DNA of 64,000 bases from an uncultured Phycisphaerales bacterium. GTDB taxonomy: Bacteria; Planctomycetota; Phycisphaerae; Tepidisphaerales; Tepidisphaeraceae. Shown one piece after another: positions 20,466 to 30,821 of the stretch. Positions within the stretch are counted from its first letter, which is position 1, and the number at the start of each line of letters is the position of its first letter. The notes under the pieces are model-generated. The model was not told the origin of the DNA. It made no database searches and worked only from the letters and a program-made list of their open reading frames with translations. The translations under genes and the position numbers were made by a program. Where the stretch lies: contig CAWJPJ010000004.1 of the NCBI GenBank assembly GCA_963844715.1, forward strand, positions 160,001 through 224,000, read 5' to 3'.

Positions 20466-20876
20466 ATGCTTGACTGGCTGAAAGACAAGCTCAAAACCTG
20501 GCTTCCCGCTCCCGACGACGCAGACAATCTCGGCCAGCGCGGCGAAAATCTCGCGGCGCGCTATCTCCGCGACAATGGCTTCAAGATCATCGCCAGAAAT
20601 TTTCGATGTGAACTGGGCGAGGTCGATATCATCGCCCGCCATGAAGGCGTTCTGGTTTTCGTCGAGGTGAAAACCCGCGCCTACGACGATCCCACTCCCG
20701 AAGACCAGGTCAACCAGGAAAAACGGCACCGGCTGACCAAGGCGGCAAAGCTATATCTTTCGCGTTACGGTTCGCCTCAGCCGGCAGCGCGGTTTGACGT
20801 GGTCGCGATCGTCTGGCCCAGGGGACGAGATGCCCAGATCCGCCACACTGCAAATGCCTTCGACGCGACTTTCTGA
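20466..20876 (+). CDS. YraN family (UPF0102) nuclease-like protein
   Basis: GQRGENLA, GEVDII, FVEVKTR and RFDVV. Confidence 0.92.
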   Translation: MLDWLKDKLKTWLPAPDDADNLGQRGENLAARYLRDNGFKIIARNFRCELGEVDIIARHEGVLVFVEVKTRAYDDPTPEDQVNQEKRHRLTKAAKLYLSRYGSPQPAARFDVVAIVWPRGRDAQIRHTANAFDATF

Positions 20877-20881
20877 TTGTC

Positions 20882-21645
20882 ATGATCGATTCCCACTGCC
20901 ATCTCACGGATACCCGCCTCGCTTCGCAGTTGGAGGCGGTTCTGTCCCGGGCTCGTTTGGCGGGAGTAACGAGAATGGTGACCATCGGGACCAAGCCTTC
21001 CGATTGGGAGCCGGCCATTGCTTTGCGCAAAGCCGCGAGGAGGTCGGCTGCGCGATCGGTGTGCATCCGAATCACTGCCACGAAGTCGAGAAGACCGCTC
21101 TGGACGATTTGCGCCAATTGCAAACCGAGCCCGGAGTTCTGGCTGTGGGGGAGACGGGTTTGGATTATCATTATGACTTCGCGCCCAAAGTCCGGCAGGC
21201 CGAGTTTTTCGAAGCCCATCTTCGGCTCGCCGCTGAATTGAAGCGTCCGGTCGTGATTCATTGTCGGGAAGCGGTCGATGATTGCCTGGCGATTCTTCGC
21301 AATGGGCCCAAGGTTCGGGCGGTTTTTCATTGCTTCACTGGATCGCCGGACGAAGCGCAAAGAATTCTGGATGCGGGGTATTTCCTGGGGTTTACGGGAG
21401 TTCTCACGTTTAAGAACGCAGACGGCCTTCGGCAGGCCGCGCGCTCGGCGCCGTCGGATCGCATCCTTGTCGAAACGGATGCCCCTTATCTCGCCCCCGA
21501 GCCCAAGCGCAAAGAAAAGGTGAATGAACCTGCGTGGGTTATGCACACCGCGCAAATGTTGGCGTCGGTCCACGGCGTGGATGTGGCGGAAATCGACCGC
21601 CTTACCACCGCAAACGCGCTCAAGTTTTATGATTGGGAAGATTAA
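20882..21645 (+). CDS. tatD: TatD family hydrolase (frameshifted)
   Basis: IDSHCHL, GVHP, GETGLDY, IHCRE and ETDAPYL. Confidence 0.9.
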
Positions 21646-21651
21646 CCGCGA

Positions 21652-22113
21652 TCAGCCGTGCATGCTGAGGATGCCGGCTTCCATCCGCTTGTCGGGGGCC
21701 GGCGCGTTGAGCTTTTGCGCTTCCAGACCCGCCTTCTGCTGGGCAAGCTGCTGGAGCAGCATCACCCAGGTCTCTCGCTGATACTTCAGGCGATCAATCG
21801 CTTCGTTGAGCGACGCGATATTGTGCGACACGTCGGCGTCAACCAGTTTGCGATGAATGTACGCATAGATCGCGGCGAGATTAGCGCACAGCTCCGGCGC
21901 CAAGTCTTTATTGAGCGAGACGAGTAGCTGGTTCACGATTTTCTCGGCTCGGTTGAGCAGCGAATGGCTCTGCTCGAAATTCTTTTGCTCCAACATCGGC
22001 CGGGCCTGCTCGGCGAATCGAAGCGCGCCGTCGAACAGCATGAGCTGAATCTGCTCCGGCGTCGCCGTCAGAACTTTTGTGCGTAGATAGGTTTGTGCGC
22101 CTTGGGGATTCAT
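21652..22113 (-). CDS. fliS: Flagellin export chaperone FliS
   Basis: YLRTKVLTATPEQIQLMLFDGALRF and NLAAIYAY. Confidence 0.92.
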   Translation of the reverse strand: MNPQGAQTYLRTKVLTATPEQIQLMLFDGALRFAEQARPMLEQKNFEQSHSLLNRAEKIVNQLLVSLNKDLAPELCANLAAIYAYIHRKLVDADVSHNIASLNEAIDRLKYQRETWVMLLQQLAQQKAGLEAQKLNAPAPDKRMEAGILSMHG

Positions 22114-22325
22114 CCTATTTCATTGTCACTATCGGTTCGCCGGGAAGGCGAAATTCACTTGGCGCGCGTTCCTATAAATCCAACCGCTGAGGCGCGCGAT
22201 AACAACCGGGACGCCGAATCTGAGACTTGGGAGCCCGATCCGCGGCACACGTCCGATTTTTCTTTGAATGCCCGCGTTTCCGGGATCGCATTTTTTGTAG
22301 CGCAGGAATTGCCGGTTTTTCACGT

Positions 22326-25112
22326 CTATGAGGAGCCGGAGCCGGAGGAACTGCTCGCCGCGCTGGAGGTGGACGACTCGCCTGCGGTGGAGTTACTGGC
22401 TGAAGTCGTGGCGGCCTTCAGCGTGCCCAGCGAGGAGAGAATCGCGCCCTGGCTTTCCAACTGCGCCAGCGTGTTCTCCATGTCAGCGAATTGCTGCTCC
22501 AACTGGTTCCGCTTGTCGGCGAGGATGATGTTGAGTTCGTTGATGCTGTCGTTGTAACCCTGGATCTGGTTGCTGAGGGTATCGTTTTCCAGGGTCACGA
22601 TGCCGTTGACGGGATCGGTGAGCGAATCGGTGGCGTTGGTGATCGCCGCCGCCAGGCCGGTCTTGGTTTGCGTGAAAAGATTGCTCACGGCGGTTGGATC
22701 GGCGGCGAACGCCTGGTTGAAAGTATCCTGGTCGAAGTTGAGCGTCGGCGAGCCGGTCGTACCGTTGGTATTGATGGTTATGCCGATGTCGGCAAGATCG
22801 TTGTACTGCCCGGCTCCGTTCACGACGGTGTCCATGACGCTGTAGAGCGTTTCTTCAATCTGCTGCGCCGTGGCGTCGCCGAGCAGAATGCCGCCCTGGT
22901 TGGTCGTTGTGTTGTACGTCGATTCGGTATCGATCTGCCCGACCAGGGTATTGAAGGCGGTCACCATGGTTTGAAGTTGCGTGCCGACCCCCGACGGGTC
23001 GGTGGTCACGCTGAGCGTCACCGGGCTGCTGCTCGACCCGACGAGATTGATGGTGACCCCGTTGATCACGTTGGAAATCTGGTTGGTGCTGCTGGTAAGC
23101 AGGAGCGGCTGGGCCCCGTCGCCGCCGCCGAGGAATACGGCGGCATCCTGGGCATTGACGAGATTTTGCACATTCAGATTTGTTGTACCGGTGTCGACCA
23201 CCACCTGTCCGGCCTCGCCGGAATTGATAGCCGTGAGCGAAAGGCGGTAGGGGGATGAACTGGATCCGTCGTTGATGATATTGGCGGTTACCCCGAACCC
23301 AAGCTGGTTGATCTTGTTCTGTAGCGTCGTCAGCGTATCGGTGTTGGTGACGGTGATTGTCTTTTCCAACCCCCCGTTGATGGTATTGGTGGTGGCGGTG
23401 CCGGCGATATTCAGGCTTTGCGCCGTTGTTCCGCCCAGATCGGCCACGGTGAGATGCCCGCTGCCGACGGAAGTGTCGGTGAGCTCAATCCCGTTGCCCG
23501 CTGGGTTGATCGATGCGGTCACATCGATATTCTTGGCGTTGATGGCGTGAATGACGTCGCCGAGGGTATTGTAGGTTCCCTGGGTGAGATCGACGGTCGC
23601 CGTCGTGCCCGCCGCATTGGTTATCTGGAATTGGCCGAGTGGAACGCCGGTTCCGCCGTCATAAGTGGAAAGCGGGGTACTCAACGAAACATATTGATGG
23701 TTCAGATTTCCGCTGTTTACCGTCTGGCTTGTCGTGTAGGTCCCGGCAATGCCTAGATTGGCGGCGGTCGTCGAATTCACGTCGGCGACCACCAGGTTTC
23801 CGGTGCCGCCGGTTGTGTCGGTAATTTGCAAACCGGTTCCGGAGGAGTTCAGGGAAGCGGTGACGCCGGCGCCGGCGTTGTTGATGTCGGCGATGATATC
23901 GCTGACGCTTGTCGCGCCGGACAGATCCACATCGGTCGGGGTGCCGCCTTCGCGATTGGTGATCGCGATTGTCCCCAGGGCGATTCCCGATCCGCCCTGC
24001 AACTGGCTGGTGAGAACGGAATCCAGGGCGCTGATCAGCGGGGCGCCGGTGATGGTATTTCCTGATGCCGCGCCGGTGAGGCCGAGTTGCGAGAGGGCCG
24101 GCGAGCCGTTTTGAGCTGTGAGCGTAAATGACCCGCCGCCCCCGCTCTTGTCCGTGAGTTGGATGCCGGTTCCCGCCGAATCAACCGATGCCGTGAGTTT
24201 TCCGGCGCCGGCCGTGTTGATGGAATTGAGGATATCGCCGACGGTGCCGTCCCCGTTGAGGGAGACGACCACGTTTGTTCCATCGCTCAGGGTCGCGGTG
24301 AAGTCGGATTGTCCCGCCGTCGCGGTCGCCACGCCGTTGCCGTCGTTGAGTTCTCCAAGTGCGGTGTTGTCGGAGATGTAATTGATGTCGGTTCCGGTGA
24401 GCGTGTTGGTCGCCACGCTCCCGGCGATTCCGAGTTGCTGCGCCGCCGATCCGCCCCCGATATCCTGCACGATCAGGTTGCTCGCGGTCGATCCGGTCTG
24501 ATCCGTCAGAACCAGGTGGTCGTCCTCGATCGATGCGTGAACGTCGACGCCCTGCGAGGTATTGATCTGATTGACGACGTCGTCGAGGGAAATGTCGTTG
24601 GAGGTGTCGATAATGGTCGATTCCCCGCTCCGATCGGTGATCCGGAACTGACCCGACGGCACCCCGGTGCCGCCATTCAGATTGGACAGCGCACTCTGCG
24701 AGGTCAGTAGGCCGCCCCCTTGCTCGAGGGTGATCGTGCCCGCGCCGACCAGCGCGTTGGCGGACGTGTATCCCTGGCTGATGGTCTGCTGGGTCGTCAC
24801 CAGGCGCGCGACCTGCAGCTGATACGTTCCAACGGCGGCGCCGACCGCTGTCGAAGCCGTCAATACATTTTGGTCGCTGCTGTTGGCGGTCGTGGACTGG
24901 AAGGTTTGCGGCAAGGCGAGCGCCTGCCCGACGGTTTGAATGCTGTTGATTTGTGTTTCGAGGGCCGTGTACGCCTGGGTCTGCGCCTGCGCCGAGGCGA
25001 TCTGCGTTTGCAGCAGGGTGACCGGTTCGGCGTCAAGCGAAATCAGTTCGTTGATGATCGCGCCGGTGTCGATGCCGCTGATCAGGCCGACGCTGGAGGT
25101 AATCTGTGCCAT
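22326..25112 (-). CDS. fliD: Flagellar filament cap protein FliD (long form)
   Basis: GLISGIDT N-terminus, AQDA..SSTNQISNVINGVTINL, LLGDAT and QFADME; lies next to fliS. Confidence 0.92.
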   Translation of the reverse strand: MAQITSSVGLISGIDTGAIINELISLDAEPVTLLQTQIASAQAQTQAYTALETQINSIQTVGQALALPQTFQSTTANSSDQNVLTASTAVGAAVGTYQLQVARLVTTQQTISQGYTSANALVGAGTITLEQGGGLLTSQSALSNLNGGTGVPSGQFRITDRSGESTIIDTSNDISLDDVVNQINTSQGVDVHASIEDDHLVLTDQTGSTASNLIVQDIGGGSAAQQLGIAGSVATNTLTGTDINYISDNTALGELNDGNGVATATAGQSDFTATLSDGTNVVVSLNGDGTVGDILNSINTAGAGKLTASVDSAGTGIQLTDKSGGGGSFTLTAQNGSPALSQLGLTGAASGNTITGAPLISALDSVLTSQLQGGSGIALGTIAITNREGGTPTDVDLSGATSVSDIIADINNAGAGVTASLNSSGTGLQITDTTGGTGNLVVADVNSTTAANLGIAGTYTTSQTVNSGNLNHQYVSLSTPLSTYDGGTGVPLGQFQITNAAGTTATVDLTQGTYNTLGDVIHAINAKNIDVTASINPAGNGIELTDTSVGSGHLTVADLGGTTAQSLNIAGTATTNTINGGLEKTITVTNTDTLTTLQNKINQLGFGVTANIINDGSSSSPYRLSLTAINSGEAGQVVVDTGTTNLNVQNLVNAQDAAVFLGGGDGAQPLLLTSSTNQISNVINGVTINLVGSSSSPVTLSVTTDPSGVGTQLQTMVTAFNTLVGQIDTESTYNTTTNQGGILLGDATAQQIEETLYSVMDTVVNGAGQYNDLADIGITINTNGTTGSPTLNFDQDTFNQAFAADPTAVSNLFTQTKTGLAAAITNATDSLTDPVNGIVTLENDTLSNQIQGYNDSINELNIILADKRNQLEQQFADMENTLAQLESQGAILSSLGTLKAATTSASNSTAGESSTSSAASSSSGSGSS

Positions 25113-25480
25113 GACTGAGTTTTAATCGTCCAAAACACTTCCGCGGTACAATACAGACCAGTCGTGCCTATCCATATCGGCCCGTCCGGCGTCGGCGGCG
25201 GCGAGGTCTTTTTCCATCCGCCGCACTGCCCGCGCCTTTGCCGCCACGCTGTCGGCGGCCCAACGGTCCAGGAAAATCCAGCACGCCTGTCTTACCGCAC
25301 GCAGTCGGTCCGCCGTCGCCAGCCAATGCGGCCCAGTCATTTCCGCGCGGGTCTGGCTTCGCCGCTCCGTTTCATTGAAAAACCGACTACCCATGGTCAA
25401 GGTTATCGGAACTCCCCGGCGGTCAAGTTGAGCCAAACATAGTTGCCATGCCCCTCCCCCCGGCGGTAGCCTGATCGGTC

Positions 25481-26269
25481 ATGCGATCCGACGGCCGAAC
25501 CGACGACCAGCTCCGCCCCATCTCGATTACCCGCGGTTTTACGCAAACCCCGCCGGGATCAGTCCTTTGGAAGCAGGGGGGTACCGTGGTGCTCTGCACG
25601 GCCAGCGTTTCCCAGGACGTTCCGCCATGGTTCAAGGAGGATCGCGCGGGCGGCTGGCTGACCGCCGAGTATGTCATGCTCCCCGCCTCGACGCCCCAGC
25701 GGAAACCCTGGCCCAAGATCGGGTCGACCGATTCGCGCGGGACGGAAATCCAGCGCATGATCGGGCGCTGCCTGCGGGCCGCCATTGATCTGTCCAAAAT
25801 CGGGCCGCATACGATTACGGTCGATTGCCAGGTTCTCCAAGCCGACGGGGGCACACGAACGGCGTGCATTAGTGCCGCGTATGTCGCCCTTCGCGACGCT
25901 CTGGCGAGCCTGCCCAAGGAGGTTCCCCAGCCCAAATACCCGCCGCCCGGGAAGATGCCGGCGCGCTTCCTTTCGGGACATTATGACCCCACCGGCGCGT
26001 GCGCCGATCCGCTGGCGGCGGTCAGCGTTGGGTGGGTCAACGGCCGGCCGCTGCTCGATTTGAATTATGCCGACGATTCCATTGCTGAAGTCGATTTGAA
26101 CGTCGCCTACACGGCGGCGGGGCGTTTCGTTGAAATCCAGGGCTCGGCCGAAAACGGGCGCGGATTCGACCGAAAACAAATGAATCAATTGCTCGATCTC
26201 GCCGTCGGCGGATGTGCTAAAATAATGGCACTGCAAAACGAGTCCCTGGCGGCTGGAGCATCGCGATGA
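25481..26269 (+). CDS. rph: Ribonuclease PH
   Basis: RSDGR..LRPI, GWLTAEY.MLP, EIQRMIGR and LQADGGTRTA. Confidence 0.95.
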   Translation: MRSDGRTDDQLRPISITRGFTQTPPGSVLWKQGGTVVLCTASVSQDVPPWFKEDRAGGWLTAEYVMLPASTPQRKPWPKIGSTDSRGTEIQRMIGRCLRAAIDLSKIGPHTITVDCQVLQADGGTRTACISAAYVALRDALASLPKEVPQPKYPPPGKMPARFLSGHYDPTGACADPLAAVSVGWVNGRPLLDLNYADDSIAEVDLNVAYTAAGRFVEIQGSAENGRGFDRKQMNQLLDLAVGGCAKIMALQNESLAAGASR

Positions 26270-27282
26270 AACTTTTACCCTGGCTGGCGATCGCCTCTCT
26301 GATTTTCCTCGCCGCATGCGCCGGCGCACCGAATGCGGCAAATTCCAACGGATCCGTTTCCTCTGCTTCCGCCACGACAAATCCGGACGCCGGCGCCGAC
26401 ATGGGAATGCCGGTTCCGCCGCCCGGCGCGATGTACACGTTATTCTGCTGCGCCTTCAGCAGCCCGACGCACATCGCGGACTCCGAGCAGGCCAAGCAAT
26501 ATATGATCGCGCGCACGGGCCTCAAGGATTGGTACATCATTCACAGCGAGGGAGAGAGCGATTTATATTATGGGTTTTACACGACCTTTGACGATCCGTC
26601 GCAGACCGCCGAGTACACGCGTGCGCAGGACGATCACGCGAAGCTCACGTCGCTGGTGAACGACGTCGGCGACAAAATTTTCTCGATGGTTCTTTTCGTC
26701 CCGATCAATTTGCCTGATCCGCCGGCGCCGAAGGAATGGGATTTAAAAAATAATCCGGGGTACTGGACGTTGCAGATCGGGATTTATCGCGACAGCCCGG
26801 AGCGCAAACAGGCGGCGGTTGATGCCGTGCGCGAAGCGCGGGCTGAGGGGATCGAGGCGTATTTCCAGCACGGGCCGGTTGCCAGCGGGGTGTTCATTGG
26901 GTCGTGGCCGAGGGATGCGGCTGAGATCAGCGACACTAGCACGCCTTCCGACGATCCGCATCAGCAGGTTCTGGTGCTGTCCAGCCCCGTCGCCGGGCGT
27001 GAGGGGCAGGATTTTTACGATAGCAACGGGCAAAAAATGCACGTCGTCATGCCGGAGGTGCAGATTTTCGATCCGGGTCTTAAAGCGGCGATTTCAAAAT
27101 ACCCTTACACCGAAGTCAACGGCGAAATCCGCGGGCGGAGCAGCGCGCGCCATCCGGAAGTGATTCCGTATCCGTCCTATCTGATCCGGGTTCCGCACGA
27201 CGACGCGACGGATTCGCCGGACAAGGACCAAATTCCCGGCGCGACGCCCGATCAGGATCAGCCGGGCGACGGTATGCACTAG
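26266..27282 (+). CDS. Hypothetical lipoprotein (possible SPOR-like segment)
   Basis: Lipobox LAAC; YWTLQIGIY..AVREARAEGIEAY resembles a SPOR-like motif. Confidence 0.65.
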   Translation: MKLLPWLAIASLIFLAACAGAPNAANSNGSVSSASATTNPDAGADMGMPVPPPGAMYTLFCCAFSSPTHIADSEQAKQYMIARTGLKDWYIIHSEGESDLYYGFYTTFDDPSQTAEYTRAQDDHAKLTSLVNDVGDKIFSMVLFVPINLPDPPAPKEWDLKNNPGYWTLQIGIYRDSPERKQAAVDAVREARAEGIEAYFQHGPVASGVFIGSWPRDAAEISDTSTPSDDPHQQVLVLSSPVAGREGQDFYDSNGQKMHVVMPEVQIFDPGLKAAISKYPYTEVNGEIRGRSSARHPEVIPYPSYLIRVPHDDATDSPDKDQIPGATPDQDQPGDGMH

Positions 27283-27301
27283 AGGGCGCTTCTAAAACAC
27301 C

Positions 27302-27910
27302 GTGCGACTTCTTATCGCCACGACCAATCCCGGGAAGATTCGCGAATTCCGCCAGATGTTGGGGGGCGGGGATATCGAATTTAGCGATCTCACTCAGTTC
27401 CCCGGTCTTGCGGAAGTGCGGGAAACTGGGCTGTCATTTCGCGATAACGCGTGCCTGAAGGCGTCGGCGTATGCGAAGGCGACCAAACTTTGGGCGCTGG
27501 CGGACGATAGCGGGTTGTCTGTGGATGCGTTGGATGGGAAACCTGGCATTCATAGCGCGCGATGGGCGCAATTGAACGATGCGGGCAAAGGGGACGCCGC
27601 CAATAATGAACTGTTGGTGAGACAAATGGCGGGGGTTGCTGAATCAGAGCGAACGGGCCGATTCGTTTGTGCTCTGGCGCTGGCTGATCCCGACGGGAAA
27701 ATAATTCTGACCGCGTTGGATTTGGTCGAAGGCAGAATCCTGCGCTCTCCCCGCGGTCAGAATGGTTTTGGTTACGACCCGCTGTTCTTTGTTGAATCGC
27801 TTGGCAAGACGACGGCCGAACTGCCTTCGGATGAAAAACATCGCATTAGCCATCGGGGTAAGGCTCTCGCGCGAATGCGCGAACTTATCGTGCGGGCGCG
27901 GGTTGAATGA
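27302..27910 (+). CDS. rdgB: Non-canonical purine NTP pyrophosphatase (RdgB/HAM1)
   Basis: ATTNPGKIRE, ADDSGL, GFGYDPLF and SHRGKAL. Confidence 0.95.
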   Translation: MRLLIATTNPGKIREFRQMLGGGDIEFSDLTQFPGLAEVRETGLSFRDNACLKASAYAKATKLWALADDSGLSVDALDGKPGIHSARWAQLNDAGKGDAANNELLVRQMAGVAESERTGRFVCALALADPDGKIILTALDLVEGRILRSPRGQNGFGYDPLFFVESLGKTTAELPSDEKHRISHRGKALARMRELIVRARVE

Positions 27911-28462
27911 ACCGCCAAGACGCGGAGGACGCCAAGATAAAACACGCCAAGGGATTGTTGGGGGTGGGGGGATTATTTGGATGGCTGGTTTAAAGGGGTT
28001 AGAAATAAGAATATTATGGAGGATACGACCACGTTTGAGCCTGATGCGGAGTTGGATCGGTTGGCGTCGGCTGTGATTGGGGCGGCTATTGAAGTTCATC
28101 GCATTCTTGGGCCGGGATTTCTGGAGGGGACTTACGAAGAAGCGATGGTGATTGAATTGGGGCTTCGCGGGCTGTCGGCTCAAAGGCAAGTGCCGATTTG
28201 TATTCGCTACAAGGGGGTTGAGATCGGGCAGAACCGACTCGACTTGCTTGCCGAGGGGCGACTTATTATCGAAATCAAGGCGGTCGATTCCCTGGGGCCG
28301 ATCCAACAGGCGCAAGTCATCTCCTACTTAAAGGCCACTGGCCATACCCTGGCGTTTCTGAACAATTTCAATGTCCGAATCCTCAAAGACGGGGTCAAAC
28401 GAGTCATACTTTCCCCATCTTGGCGATCTTAACTTGGCGTCCTCGGCGGCTTGGCGGTTCCA
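27907..28462. mobile_element. Putative cassette: GxxExxY gene between ~45-bp inverted repeats
   Basis: Left atgaaccgccaagacgcggaggacgccaag vs reverse complement of right atgaaccgccaagccgccgaggacgccaag (28/30 identical). Confidence 0.65.
28016..28432 (+). CDS. GxxExxY protein (PD-(D/E)xK-like nuclease)
   Basis: VHRILGPGFLEGTYEEAM, RLDLL..IIEIKAV, QVISYLKAT and NFN. Confidence 0.92.
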   Translation: MEDTTTFEPDAELDRLASAVIGAAIEVHRILGPGFLEGTYEEAMVIELGLRGLSAQRQVPICIRYKGVEIGQNRLDLLAEGRLIIEIKAVDSLGPIQQAQVISYLKATGHTLAFLNNFNVRILKDGVKRVILSPSWRS

Positions 28463-28512
28463 TCCGGTTTTCCCTTTCCCCCAAAACCCTTCTCCAATAC
28501 ACTCTACCCCCC

Positions 28513-28929
28513 ATGAGCCGGATTCTTGTCGCCGTCAGTAGTCCTTGGGCAGCCGAGAAAGTCGTTGCGACCGTCGCCGATTTGGCCAAGCGTCTTTCGG
28601 CCGAAGTGCTGGTGGTTCACGTTTCCCGCCCCAGCGGGGGGCAGATGCGCGAGCAGGAGCAGGCGGATGGCGAGGGGGCGGTCAGTCTTCTTCGCGGAAA
28701 GCTCGAGGAACGCAATGTTCCTGTGCAAACTTTGCTTATGTTCAGCGAAGATATCGCCCGGGCGGTGCTGAACACCGCCGCCGAGCGGCAGGTGACCCTG
28801 ATTGTGCTCGGGCTGACCGGGAAAAATGTTTTCGCGCGACTTTTGGCCGGAAATGTGCCGGTCGAACTCATCAAGAACACCAAGATTCCCGTCCTGCTTC
28901 TCCCGCCGGACTGGAGCGCGGCGATATAG
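28513..28929 (+). CDS. Universal stress protein
   Basis: RILVAV, LIVLG..G, LLAGNV..LIK..IPVLLLP. Confidence 0.85.
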   Translation: MSRILVAVSSPWAAEKVVATVADLAKRLSAEVLVVHVSRPSGGQMREQEQADGEGAVSLLRGKLEERNVPVQTLLMFSEDIARAVLNTAAERQVTLIVLGLTGKNVFARLLAGNVPVELIKNTKIPVLLLPPDWSAAI

Positions 28930-29049
28930 GACTTGTCCCGAGGTGGAATTTTTTAAAACATTTCTTTTCGTGCGCCGCGCGGACGATATAATCCTAACCT
29001 CGCAGGGCGCGAATGGTCGTGCCGCGGAGATTTAACGGAGCGTTAATAC

Positions 29050-29745
29050 ATGGTCAACGGCGATGAACTCATGCCCAAGGAATGTTTTTTCACCAAGGGC
29101 GTCGGCCGGCACGCGCAAAAACTCATGAGTTTCGAACTGGCGTTGCGGGATGCGGGGATCGAACAGCAAAATCTCGTGCGCGTTTCTTCCATCTATCCGA
29201 CGAGTTGCAAAATCGTTCCGGTAAAGGAAGGCACCCCGAAACTCAAGCCGGGGCAGATCACCTTCGTCGTGCTCGCCGAGGGGGCGACCGACGAACCGAA
29301 TCGGCTCATTTGCGCCGGCATCGGATTGGCCATTCCGCGCAATCACGCGCATGGGTACATCGCCGAGCATCACGGCTATGGGATGAGCGAAAAGAAGACG
29401 GAAGACCTTTGCGAAGATCTCGCGGCGACGATGCTCGCGACGACGCTGGGCATTCCTTTCGACGCCGACAAGAGCTGGGACGAACGCGAGCAGCAGTACA
29501 AGATGAGCGGCGACATCGTGAAAACCCGCTCGGTTGTGCAGACGGCTGAGGGGGACAAGAGCGGCCTGTGGACGAGCGTGATCTCCGCCGTCGTTTTCAT
29601 TCTCGATCCGACGCCGGTGCATTCGGAGAAAACCAACGGCGAGAAAGCAGCCGCGGATAAAGCCGCCGCGGATAAAGCCGCGGCTGAAAAAGCTGCCGCG
29701 GAAAAACCCGCCGAAGCGCCCAAAGTGGCGGCCGTACCTGCTTAG
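29050..29745 (+). CDS. Pyruvoyl-dependent arginine decarboxylase
   Basis: SFELALRDAGIE..NLVRVSSIYP (Ser-Ser self-cleavage site) and GYIAEHH; adjacent to aguA/aguB. Confidence 0.9.
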   Translation: MVNGDELMPKECFFTKGVGRHAQKLMSFELALRDAGIEQQNLVRVSSIYPTSCKIVPVKEGTPKLKPGQITFVVLAEGATDEPNRLICAGIGLAIPRNHAHGYIAEHHGYGMSEKKTEDLCEDLAATMLATTLGIPFDADKSWDEREQQYKMSGDIVKTRSVVQTAEGDKSGLWTSVISAVVFILDPTPVHSEKTNGEKAAADKAAADKAAAEKAAAEKPAEAPKVAAVPA

Positions 29746-30821
29746 ACTTTTGGCTGCTGCTGGCTCAAGCAGTGAATCGCGCCAAGCCCCCAGATCAGTT
29801 CGACGCAGTCGATCCCGATTACTTTGCGCCCGGGCAAGTGGGATTGCAGAATCTCGATTGCCCGCCGATCGTTTTTTCGATTCCGATACGTCGGCACGAG
29901 TAGCGCGCCGTTGACGAAATAAAAGTTCACGTAGGTCGCGGGCAATCGCTGCTTGTCGTACTCGACGAAGCCGGGCATGGGAATTTCGACGATTTCCAGG
30001 GGTTTTCCATCCTGATCGCGGGCAAAATCGAGTTGCCGCCGCACCTCGCGAAGGACCTTGAAATTCTCGTCCTTCGGGTCTTCTTCCAGGGCAATCACGA
30101 CTTTTCGCGGGCCGATGAATCGGGCTAGATCGTCGATATGGCCGTCCGTATCGTCCCCGGCGATTCCACCCGTGAGCCAGCAGACTTTCGCCTGGCCGTA
30201 ATAGTCCCGCAGGCACCGCTCGATCTGCGCCTGGCTCAAATCAGGATTTCGGTTCCTGTTGAGCAGGCAATCCGTCGTTGTCAGCACCGTTCCCGCACCG
30301 TTGAAATCGACGGCGCCGCCTTCCATGATGATCCCCGGATACCACACCGGCAGGGCAAGCTCTTCGGCGATGCGCGTCGGCACGGCGTCATCATCGTCAT
30401 ACGGCGGATATTTTCCGCCCCAGGCGTTGAATCCCCAATCGACGATGGCCAATTTCTTTTTTCCGCGCGATTTCTTGACGACAAACGACGGCCCGTGATC
30501 GCGGCACCAGCTCTCGTTGGTCTTGATGTGATAGAAATAAATATTCGTCAGCGGGCAGTCATACTCCTTGAGTTGCCGCCTGACGATGCGCTCGTAGTTT
30601 CCATTCGGCACGTTCACGCAGACGCGCTTGCGCGGGGCGATGGCGCGGAATATCGCCGCCAGGTTTTCGGGGACGGTGTGATATTTATCGGGAAAGGAAA
30701 TTCCCTCGGGGCGCGGCCAACTGAACCACGTTGCGGCGTGCGGCTCCCATTCGGCTGGAAAGAAATACCCGAGCGAGGCCGGCGTGCCCGACAAAACCTT
30801 CACTTTCCGTTTAGTCGGCAT
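29742..30821 (-). CDS. aguA: Agmatine deiminase
   Basis: PAEWEPH, WCRDHGP, EGG, DDTDGHIDDLARF and GAIHC.SQQQP. Confidence 0.93.
   Translation of the reverse strand: MPTKRKVKVLSGTPASLGYFFPAEWEPHAATWFSWPRPEGISFPDKYHTVPENLAAIFRAIAPRKRVCVNVPNGNYERIVRRQLKEYDCPLTNIYFYHIKTNESWCRDHGPSFVVKKSRGKKKLAIVDWGFNAWGGKYPPYDDDDAVPTRIAEELALPVWYPGIIMEGGAVDFNGAGTVLTTTDCLLNRNRNPDLSQAQIERCLRDYYGQAKVCWLTGGIAGDDTDGHIDDLARFIGPRKVVIALEEDPKDENFKVLREVRRQLDFARDQDGKPLEIVEIPMPGFVEYDKQRLPATYVNFYFVNGALLVPTYRNRKNDRRAIEILQSHLPGRKVIGIDCVELIWGLGAIHCLSQQQPKV

Noticed and set aside
25122..25436. ORF upstream of fliD
   Set aside because: No family motif; more likely the divergent promoter region for fliD and rph
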